Shown here: piece after piece, positions 1-11,470 of the stretch
Layout of the letters: every line of letters begins with the position of its first letter
Position numbering within the stretch: position 1 is the stretch's first letter
From: Antedon mediterranea
Taxonomy: Eukaryota; Animalia; Echinodermata
Direction of reading: 5' to 3'
Assembly (NCBI RefSeq): GCF_964355755.1
Contig: NC_092676.1
Location: forward strand, 12,944,771-13,008,770
DNA: 64,000 bases
Notes under the pieces: model-generated
What the model saw: only the letters and a program-made list of their open reading frames with translations
Told to the model about the DNA's origin: nothing
The model's database searches: none
Position numbers and translations under genes: made by a program

Positions 1-490
1 AAATTTGTTAACATAAAAAGACCAAAGTGTTTAGCATATCTCCAAATCGCATTTGGAGACGTTTTAGACCATTTTGTGCATTTCGATGAAACTTGGTTAC
101 ACAAAAACATCAAAGTGCTTAAAATCACATTTGAAACCGTTTTAGAGCATTTTGAGCATTTCGATAAAACTTTTCACACAAAAACATCAAAGTGTACAAA
201 ATAGCTTCAAATCACATTTGAAACCGTTTTAGACCATTTTGAGCATTTCGATAAAACTTTTCACACAAAAACATCAAAGTGTACAAAATAGCTTCAAATC
301 GCATTTGGAGACGTTTTAGACCATTTTGTGCATTTCGATGAAACTTGGTTACACAAAAACATCAAAGTGCTTAAAATCACATTTGAAACCGTTTTAGACC
401 ATTTTGAGCATTTCGATAAAACTTTTCACACAAAAAAATCAAAGTGCACAAAATAGCTTCAAATCGCATTTGGAGACGTTTTAGACTATT

Positions 491-656
491 TTGTGCATTT
501 CGAAAAAATTTGTTAACATAAAAAGACCAAAGTGTTTAGAATATCTCCAAATCGCATTTGGAGACGTTTTAAACCATTTTGTGCATTTCGATAGAACTTG
601 GTTACACAAAAACATCAAAGTGCTTAAAATCACATTTAAAACCGTTTTAGAGCATT
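491..656 (+). repeat. Example of the recurrent 88-bp + 78-bp monomer pair (166 bp)
   Basis: The 88-bp class carries cgaaaaaatttgttaacataaaaagaccaaagtgtttagaatatctcc. It is followed by the class carrying aacttggttacacaaaaacatcaaagtgcttaaaatcac, which is +1 and -10 bp relative to the basic unit. This pair produces the dozens of near-identical 72-aa pseudo-ORFs. Confidence 0.92.
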
Positions 657-3499
657 TTGAGCATTTCGATAAAACTTTTCACACAAAAACATCAAAGTGT
701 ACAAAATAGCTTCAAATCGCATTTAGAGACGTTTTAGACCATTTTGTGCATTTTGATAAAACTTTTCACACAAAAACATCAAATTGCACAAAATAGCTTA
801 ATATTGTGTTTGAAAACGTTTTAAACCATTTTGAGCATGTCGATAAAACTTTTCACACAAAAATATCAAAGTGCCCAGAATATCTTCAAATCGCATTTAG
901 AGACGTTTTAGACCATTTTGTGCATTTCGAAAAAATTTGTTAACATAAAAAGACCAAAGTGTTTAGAATATCTCCAAATCGCATTTGGAGACGTTTTAGA
1001 CCATTTTGTGTTTTTCGAAAAAACTTTTCACACAAAAACATCAAAGTGTACAAAATTGCTTCAAATCGCATTTAGAGAGGTTTTAGACCATTTTGTGCAT
1101 TTCGATAAAACTTTTCACACAAAAACATCAAAGTGCACAGAATATCTTAATACCGTGTCTGAAATCGTTTTAAACCATTTTGAGCATGTCGATAAAACTT
1201 TTCACACAAAAACATCAAAGTGCACAGAATATCTTCAAATCGCATTTAGAGACGTTTTAGACCATTTTGTGCATTTCGAAAAAATTTGTTAACATAAAAA
1301 GACCAAAGTGTTTAGAATATCTCCAAATCGCATTTGGAGACGTTTTAGACCATTTTGTGCATTTCGATGAAACTTGGTTACACAAAAACATCAAAGTGCT
1401 TAAAATCACATTTGAAACCGTTTTAGAGCATTTTGAGCATTTCGATAAAACTTTTCACACAAAAACATCAAAGTGTACAAAATAGCTTCAAATCACATTT
1501 GAAACCGTTTTAGACCATTTTGAGCATTTCGATAAAACTTTTCACACAAAAACATCAAAGTGTACAGAATAGCTTCAAATCGCATTTGGAGACGTTTTAG
1601 ACCATTTTGTGCATTTCGATGAAACTTGGTTACACAAAAACATCAAAGTGCTTAAAATCACATTTGAAACCGTTTTAGAGCATTTTTAACATTTCGATAA
1701 TACTTTTCACACAAAAACATCAAAGTGTACAAAATAGCTTCAAATCGCATTTGGAGACGTTTTAGACCATTTTGTGCATTTCGATGAAACTTGGTTACAC
1801 AAAAACATCAAAGTGCTTAAAATCACATTTGAAACCGTTTTAGAGCATTTTGAGCATTTCGATAAAACTTTTCACACAAAAAAATCAAAGTGCACAAAAT
1901 AGCTTCAAATCGCATTTGGAGAGGTTTTAGACCATTTTGTGCATTTCGATAAAACTTTTCACACAAAAACATCAAAGTGTACAAAATAGCTTCAAATCGC
2001 ATTTAGAGACGTTTTAGACCATTTTGTGCATTTCGATGAAACTTGGTTACACAAAAACATCAAAGTGCTTAAAATCACATTTAAAACCGTTTTAGAGCGT
2101 TTTGAGCATTTCGATAAACTTTTTACACAAAAACATCAAAGTGCACAAAATAGCTTCACATCGCATTTAGGGATGTTTTAGACCATTTTGTGCATTTCGA
2201 TAAAACTTTTCACACAAAAACATCAAATTGCACAAAATAGCTTAATACCGTGTTTGAAATCATTTTAAACCATTTTGAGCATGTCGATAAAACTTTTCAC
2301 ACAAAAACATCAAAGTGCACAGAATATCTTCAAATCGCATTTAGAGACGTTTTAGACCATTTTGTGCATTTCGAAAAAATTTGTTAACATAAAAAGACCA
2401 AAGTGTTTAGAATATCTCCAAATCGCATTTGGAGACGTTTTAGACCATTTTGTGCATTTCGATGAAAATTGGTTACACAAAAACATCAAAGTGCTTAAAA
2501 TCACATTTGAAACCGTTTTAGAGCATTTTGAGCATTTCGATAAAACTTTTCACACAAAAACATCAAAGTGTACAAAATAGCTTCAAATCACATTTGAAAC
2601 CGTTTTAGACCATTTTGAGCATTTCGATAAAACTTTTCACACAAAAACATCAAAGTGTACAAAATAGCTTCAAATCGCATTTGGAGACGTTTTAGACCAT
2701 TTTGTGCATTTCGATGAAACTTGGTTACACAAAAACATCAAAGTGCTTAAAATCACATTTGAAACCGTTTTAGAGCATTTTGAGCATTTCGATAAAACTT
2801 TTCACACAAAAACATCAAAGTGTACAAAATAGCTTCAAATCGCATTTAGAGACGTTTTAGACCATTTTTTGCATTTCGATGAAACTTCTCACACAAAAAC
2901 ATCAAAGTGTACAAAATAGCTTCAAATTGCATTTAGAGACGTTTTAGACCATTTTGTGCATTTCGATAAAACTTTTCACACAAAAACATCAAATTGCACA
3001 AAATCGTTTTAAACCATTTTAAATCGTTTTAAACCATTTTGAGCATTTCGATAAAACTTTTCACAAAAAACATCAAAGTGTTTAGAATATCTTCAAATCA
3101 CATTTGGAGACGTTTTAGACCATTTTTTGCATTTCGAGTAAACTTGGTTACACAAAAACATCAAAGTGCTTAAAATCACATTTGAAACCGTTTTAGAGCA
3201 TTTTGAGCATTTCGATAAAACTTTTCACACAAAAACATCAAAGTGTACAAAATAGCTTCAAATCGCATTTAGAGACGTTTTAGACCATTTTGTGCATTTC
3301 GAAAAAATTTGTTAACATAAAAAGACCAAAGTGTTTAGAATATCTCCAAATCGCATTTGGAGACGTTTTAGACCATTTTGTGCATTTCGATGAAACTTGG
3401 TTACACAAAAACATCAAAGTGCTTAAAATCACATTTGAAACCGTTTTAGAGCATTTTTAGCATTTCGATAATACTTTTCACACAAAAACATCAAAGTGT

Positions 3500-5950
3500 A
3501 CAAAATAGCTTCAAATCGCATTTGGAGACGTTTTAGACCATTTTGTGCATTTCGATGAAACTTGGTTACACAAAAACATCAAAGTGCTTAAAATCACATT
3601 TGAAACCGTTTTAGACCATTTTGAGCATTTCGATAAAACTTTTCACACAAAAAAATCAAAGTGCACAAAATAGCTTCAAATCGCATTTGGAGACGTTTTA
3701 GACTATTTTGTGCATTTTGAAAAAATTTGTTAACATAAAAAGACCAAAGTGTTTAGAATATCTCCAAATCGCATTTGGAGACGTTTTAAACCATTTTGTG
3801 CATTTCGATGGAACTTGGTTACACAAAAACATCAAAGTGCTTAAAATCACATTTAAAACCGTTTTAGAGCATTTTGAGCATTTCGATAAAACTTTTCACA
3901 CAAAAACATCAAAGTGTACAAAATAGCTTCAAATCGCATTTAGAGAGGTTTTAGACCATTTTGTGCATTTCGATAAAACTTTTCACACAAAAACATCAAA
4001 GTGTACAAAATAGCTTCAAATCGCATTTAGAGACGTTTTAGACCATTTTGTGCATTTCGATAAAACTTTTCACACAAAAACATCAAATTGCACAAAATAG
4101 CTTAATACCGTGTTTGAAATCGTTTTAAACCATTTTGAGCATGTCGATAAAACTTTTCACAAAAAAACATCAAAGTGCACAGAATAGCTTCAAATCGCAT
4201 TTGGAGACGTTTTAAACCATTTTGAGCATTTCGATAAAACTTTTCACACAAAAACATCAAAGTGTACAAAATAGCTTCAAATCGCATTTAGAGAGGTTTT
4301 AGACCATTTTGTGCATTTCGATAAAACTTTTCACACAAAAACATCAAATTGCACAAAATAGCCTAATATCGTGTTTGAAAACGTTTTAAACCATTTTGAG
4401 CATGTCGATAAAACTTTTCACACAAAAATATCAAAGCGCACAGAATATCTTCAAATCGCATTTAGAGACGTTTTAGACCATTTTGTGCATTTCGAAAAAA
4501 TTTGTTAACATAAAAAGACCAAAGTGTTTAGAATATCTCCAAATGGCATTTGGAGACGTTTTAGACCATTTTGTGCATTTCGATGAAACTTGGTTACACA
4601 AAAACATCAAAGTGCTTAAAATCACATTTAAAACCGTTTTAGAGCGTTTTGAGCATTTCGATAAACTTTTCACACAAAAACATCAAAGTGCACAAAATAG
4701 CTTCAAATCGCATTTAGAGATGTTTTAGACCATTTTGTGCATTTCGATAAAACTTTTCACACAAAAACATCAAATTGCACAAAATAGCTTAATACCGTGT
4801 TTGAAATCGTTTTAAACCATTTTGAGCATGTCGATAAAACTTTTCACACAAAAACATCAAAGTGTACAAAATAGCTTCAAATCGCATTTAGAGAGGTTTT
4901 AGACCATTTTGTGCATTTCGATAAAACTTTTCACACAAAAACATCAAAGTGTACAAAATAGCTTCAAATCGCATTTGGAGACGTTTTAGACCATTTTGTG
5001 CATTTCGATGAAACTTGGTTACACAAAAACATCAAAGTGCTTAAAATTACATTTGAAAGCGTTTTAGAGCATTTTGAGCATTTCGATAATACTTTTCACA
5101 CAAAAACATCAAAGTGTACAAAATAGCTTCAAATCGCATTTGGAGACGTTTTAGACCATTTTGTGCATTTCGATGAAACTTGGTTACACAAAAACATCAA
5201 AGTGCTTAAAATCACATTTGAAACCGTTTTAGACCATTTTGAGCGTTTCGATAAAACTTTTCACACAAAAACATCAAAGTGCACAAAATAGCTTCAAATC
5301 GCATTTGGAGACGTTTTAGACTATTTTGTGCATTTCGAAAAAATTTGTTAACATAAAAAGACCAAAGTGTTTAGAATATCTCCAAATCGCATTTGGAAAC
5401 GTTTTAAACCATTTTGTGCATTTCGATGGAACTTGGTTACACAAAAACATCAAAGTGCTTAAAATCACATTTAAAACCGTTTTAGAGCATTTTGAGCATT
5501 TCGATAAAACTTTTCACACAAAAACATCAAAGTGTACAAAATAGCTTCAAATCGCATTTAGAGACGTTTTAGACCATTTTGTGCATTTTGTTAAAACTTT
5601 TCACACAAAAACATCAAATTGCACAAAATAGCTTAATATTGTGTTTGAAAACGTTTTAAACCATTTTGAGCATGTCGATAAAACTTTTCACACAAAAATA
5701 TCAAAGTGCCCAGAATATCTTCAAATCGCATTTAGAGACGTTTTAGACCATTTTGTGCATTTCGAAAAAATTTGTTAACATAAAAAGACCAAAGTGTTTA
5801 GATTATCTCCAAATCGCATTAGGAGACGTTTTAGACCATTTTGTGTTTTTCGAAAAAACTTTTCACACAAAAACATCAAAGTGTACAAAATTGCTTCAAA
5901 TCGCATTTAGAGAGGTTTTAGACCATTTTGTGCATTTCGATAAAACTTTT
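3500..5950 (+). repeat. ~2.4-kb block repeated 9808 bp downstream (~13300-15750), with a partial third copy at ~28190-29640
   Basis: ORF pairs 3708/13516, 4102/13910, 4483/14291 and 5326/15134 all differ by 9808. Pairs 13910/28583 and 14291/28964 differ by 14673. Shared markers are atcaaagcgcacag and aaattacatttgaaagcg. Confidence 0.88.
3938..4111 (+). repeat. Example of consecutive basic 87-bp monomers
   Basis: cattttgtgcatttcgataaaacttttcacacaaaaacatcaaa recurs at 87-bp spacing (3957 and 4044). Confidence 0.93.
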
Positions 5951-7399
5951 CACACAAAAACATCAAATTGCACAAAATAGCTTAATACCGTGTTTGAAAT
6001 CATTTTAAACCATTTTGAGCATGTCGATAAAACTTTTCACACAAAAACATCAAAGTGCACAGAATATCTTCAAATCGCATTTAGAGACGTTTTAGACCAT
6101 TTTGTGCATTTCGAAAAAATTTGTTAACATAAAAAGACCAAAGTGTTTAGAATATCTCCAAATCGCATTTGGAGACGTTTTAGACCATTTTGTGCATTTC
6201 GATGAAACTTGGTTACACAAAAACATCAAAGTGCTTAAAATCACATTTGAAACCGTTTTAGAGCATTTTGAGCATTTCGATAAAACTTTTCACACAAAAA
6301 CATCAAAGTGTACAAAATAGCTTCAAATCACATTTGAAACCGTTTTAGACCATTTTGAGCATTTCGATAAAACTTTTCACACAAAAACATCAAAGTGTAC
6401 AAAATAGCTTCAATTCGCATTTGGAGACGTTTTAGACCATTTTGTGCATTTCGATGAAACTTGGTTACACAAAAACATCAAAGTGTACAGAATAGCTTCA
6501 AATCGCATTTGGAGACGTTTTAGACCATTTTGTGCATTTCGATGAAACTTGGTTACACAAAAACATCAAAGTGCTTAAAATCACATTTGAAACCGTTTTA
6601 GAGCATTTTTAACATTTCGATAATACTTTTCACACAAAAACATCAAAGTGCTTAAAATCACATTTGAAACCGTTTTAGAGCATTTTTAGCATTTCGATAA
6701 TACTTTTCACACAAAAACATCAAAGTGTACAAAATAGCTTCAAATCGCATTTGGAGACGTTTTAGACTATTTTGTGCATTTCGAAAAAATTTGTTAACAT
6801 AAAAAGACCAAAGTGTTTAGAATATCTCCAAATCGCATTTGGAGACGTTTTAAACCATTTTGTGCATTTCGATGGAACTTGGTTACACAAAAACATCAAA
6901 GTGCTTAAAATCACATTTGAAACCGTTTTAGAGCATTTTTAGCATTTCGATAATACTTTTCACACAAAAACATCAAAGTGTACAAAATAGCTTCAAATCG
7001 CATTTGGAGACGTTTTAGACCATTTTGTGCATTTCGATGAAACTTGGTTACACAAAAACATCAAATTGCACAAAATAGCTTAATATCGTGTTTGAAAACG
7101 TTTTAAACCATTTTGAGCATGTCGATAAAACTTTTCACACAAAAATATCAAAGTGCACAGAATATCTTCAAATCGCATTTAGAGACGTTTTAGACCATTT
7201 TGTGCATTTCGAAAAAATTTGTTAACATAAAAAGACCAAAGTGTTTAGAATATCTCCAAATCGCATTTGGAGACGTTTTAGACCATTTTGTGCATTTCGA
7301 TTAAACTTGGTTACACAAAAACATCAAAGTGCTTAAAATCACATTTGAAACCGTTTTAGAGCATTTTGAGCATTTCGATAAAACTTTTCACACAAAAAC

Positions 7400-10300
7400 A
7401 TCAAAGTGTACAAAATTGCTTCAAATCGCATTTGGAGACGTTTTAGACCATTTTGTGATTTTCGAAAAACTTTTCACACAAAAACATCAAAGTGTAGAAA
7501 ATTGCTTCAAATCGCATTTAGAGACGTTTTAGACCATTTTGTGCATTTCGAAAAAATTTGTTAACATAAAAAGACCAAAGTGTTTAGAATATTTCCAAAT
7601 CGCATTTGGAGACGTTTTAGACCATTTTGTGCATTTCGATGAAACTTGGTTACACAAAAACATCAAAGTGCTTAAAATCACATTTAAAACCGTTTTAGAG
7701 CGTTTTGAGCATTTCGATAAACTTTTCACACAAAAACATCAAAGTGCACAAAATAGCATTTAGAGATGTTTTAGACCATTTTGTGCATTTCGATAAAACT
7801 TTTCACACAAAAACATCAAATTGCACAAAAAAGCTTAATACCGTGTTTGAAATCGTTTTAAACCAATTTGAGCATGTCGATAAAACTTTTCACACAAAAA
7901 CATCAAAGTGCACAGAATATCTTCAAATCGCATTTAGAGACGTTTTAGACCATTTTGTGCATTTCGAAAAAATTTGTTAACATAAAAAGACCAAAGTGTT
8001 TAGAATATCTCCAAATCGCATTTGGAGACGTTTTAGACCATTTTGTGCATTTCGATGAAACTTGGTTACACAAAAACATCAAAGTGCTTAAAATCACATT
8101 TGAAACCGTTTTAGAGAATTTTGAGCATTTCGATAAAACTTTTCACACAAAAACATCAAAGTGTACAAAATAGCTTAAAATCACATTTGAAACCGTTTTA
8201 GAGCATTTTGAGCATTTCGATAAAACTTTTCACACAAAAACATCAAAGTGTACAAAATAGCTTCAAATCGCATTTGGAGACGTTTTAGACCATTTTGTGC
8301 ATTTCGATGAAACTTGGTTACACAAAAACATCAAAGTGCTTAAAATCACATTTGAAATCGTTTTAGACCATTTTGAGCATTTCGATAAAACTTTTCACAC
8401 AAAAAAATCAAAGTGCACAAAATAGCTTCAAATCGCATTTGGAGACGTTTTAGACTATTTTGTGCATTTCGAAAAAATTTGTTAACATAAAAAGACCAAA
8501 GTGTTTAGAATATCTCCAAATCGCATTTGGAGACGTTTTAAACCATTTTGTGCATTTCGATGGAACTTGGTTACACAAAAACATCAAAGTGCTTAAAATC
8601 ACATTTGAAACCGTTTTAGAGCATTTTTAGCATTTCGATAATACTTTTCACACAAAAACATCAAAGTGTACAAAATAGCTTCAAATCGCATTTGGAGACG
8701 TTTTAGACCATTTTGTGCATTTCGATGAAACTTGGTTACACAAAAACATCAAAGTGCTTAAAATCACATTTGAAATCGTTTTAGACCATTTTGAGCATTT
8801 CGATAAAACTTTTCACACAAAAAAATCAAAGTGCACAAAATAGCTTCAAATCGCATTTGGAGACGTTTTAGACTATTTTGTGCATTTCGAAAAAATTTGT
8901 TAACATAAAAAGACCAAAGTGTTTAGAATATCTCCAAATCGCATTTGGAGACGTTTTAAACCATTTTGTGCATTTCGATGGAACTTGGTTACACAAAAAC
9001 ATCAAAGTGCTTAAAATCACATTTAAAACCGTTTTAGAGCATTTTGAGCATTTCGATCAAACTTTTCACACAAAAACATCAAAGTGTACAAAATAACTTC
9101 AAATCGCATTTAGAGACGTTTTAGACCATTTTGTGCATTTTGGTAAAACTTTTCACACAAAAACATCAAATTGCACAAAATAGCTTAATATCGTGTTTGA
9201 AAACGTTTTAAACCATTTTGAGCATGTCGATAAAACTTTTCACATAAAAATATCAAAGTGCACAGAATAGCTTCAAATCGCATTTGGAGACGTTTTAGAC
9301 CATTTTGTGCATTTTGGTAAAACTTTTCACACAAAAACATCAAATTGCACAAAATAGCTTAATATCGTGTTTGAAAACGTTTTAAACCATTTTGAGCATG
9401 TCGATAAAACTTTTCACTCAAAAATATCAAAGTGCACAGAATATCTTCAAATCGCATTTAGAGACGTTTTAGACCATTTTGTGCATTTTGAAAAAATTTG
9501 TTAACATAAAAAGACCAAAGTGTTTAGAATATCTCCAAATCGCATTTGGAGACGTTTTAGACCATTTTGTGTTTTTCGAAAAAACTTTTCACACAAAAAC
9601 ATCAAAGTGTACAAAATTGCTTCAAATCGCATTTGGAGACGTTTTAGACCATTTTGTGCATTTTGGTAAAACTTTTCACACAAAAACATCAAAATTCACA
9701 AAATAGCTTAATATCGTGTTTGAAAACGTTTTAAACCATTTTGAGCATGTCGATAAAACTTTTCACTCAAAAATATCAAAGTGCACAGAATATCTTCAAA
9801 TCGCATTTAGAGACGTTTTAGACCATTTTGTGCATTTCGAAAAAAATTGTTAACATAAAAAGACCAAAGTGTTTAGAATTTCTCCAAATCGCATTTGGAG
9901 ACGTTTTAGACCATTTTGCGCATTTCGATGAAACTTGGTTACACAAAAACATCAAAGTGCTTAAAATCACATTTAAAACCGTTTTAGAGCGTTTTGAGCA
10001 TTTCGATAAACTTTTCAAACAAAAACATCAAAGTGTACAAAATAGCTTCAAATCGTATTTGGAGACGTTTTAGACCATTTTGTGCGTTTCGATGAATCTT
10101 GGTTACACAAAAACATCAAAGTGCTTAAAATCACATTTAAAACCGTTTTAGTGCATTTTGAGCATTTCGATAAAACTTTTCACACAAAAACATCAAAGTG
10201 CACAAAATAGCTTCAAATCACATTTAAAACCGTTTTAGTGCATTTTGAGCATTTCGATAAAACTTTTCACACAAAAACATCAAAGTGCACAAAATAGCTT

Positions 10301-11470
10301 CAAATCGCATTTAGAGATGTTTTAGACCATTTTGTGCGTTTCGATAAAACTTTTCACACAAAAACATCAAATTGCACAAAATAGCTTAATATCGTGTTTG
10401 AAAACGTTTTAGACCATTTTGAGCATGTCGATAAAACTTTTCACACAAAAACATAAAAGTGCACAAAATAGCTTCAAATCGCATTTAGAGATGTTTTAGA
10501 CCATTTTGTGCGTTTCGATAAAACTTTTCACACAAAAACATCAAATTGCACAAAATAGCTTAATATCGTGTTTGAAAACGTTTTAGACCATTTTTAGCAT
10601 GTCGATAAAACTTTTCACACAAAAACATAAAAGTGCACAGAATAGCTTCAAATCGCATTTGGAGACGTTTTAGACCATTTTGTGCATTTCGAAAAAACTT
10701 TTTAACATAAAAACACCAAAGTGCTTAGAATAGCTTCAAATCGCATTTGGAGACGTTTTAGACCATTTTGTGCATTTCGATGAAACTTGGTTACACAAAA
10801 ACATCAAAGTGCTTAAAATCACATTTGAAACCGTTATAGAGCATTTTTAGCATTTCGATAAAACTTTTCACACAAAAACATCAAAGTGTACAAAATAGCT
10901 TCAAATCACATTTGAAACCGTTTTAGACCATTTTGAGCATTTCGATAAAACTTTTCACACAAAAACATCAAAGTGTACAGAATAGCTTCAAATCGCATTT
11001 GGAGACGTTTTAGACCATTTTGTGCATTTCGATGAAACTTGGTTACACAAAAACATCAAAGTGCTTAAAATCACATTTGAAACCGTTTTAGAGCATTTTT
11101 AACATTTCGATAATACTTTTCACACAAAAACATCAAAGTGTACAAAATAGCTTCAAATCACATTTGAAACCGTTTTAGACCATATTGAGCATTTCGATAA
11201 AACTTTTCACACAAAAACATCAAAGTGTACAAAATAGCTTCAAATCGCATTTGGAGACGTTTTAGACCATTTTGTGCATTTCGATGAAACTTGGTTACAC
11301 AAAAACATCAAAGTGCTTAAAATCACATTTGAAAGCGTTTTAGAGCATTTTTAGCATTTCGATAATACTTTTCACACAAAAACATAAAAGTGCACAAAAT
11401 AGCTTCAAATCGCATTTAGAGATGTTTTAGACCATTTTGTGCATTTCGATAAAACTTTTCACACAAAAAC
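7400..11470 (+). repeat. ~4-kb block repeated ~24.1-24.8 kb downstream (~31750-35550) with internal monomer gains and losses
   Basis: ORF pairs 7539/31902, 7955/32319 and 8878/33660. Shared markers are aaatagcatttagag, aaccaatttg, tttcgatcaa, ttttgcgcat, ccgttataga and accatattgag. Confidence 0.85.

Noticed and set aside
39-66. Rho-independent terminator (9-bp stem followed by cgtttt)
   Set aside because: There is no upstream gene, the stem is AT-rich, the T tail is short, and the motif is simply part of the repeat unit.
158-175. CENP-B box-like start (tttcgataaaac)
   Set aside because: It matches TTCG and the downstream A but lacks the required CGGG of the box.
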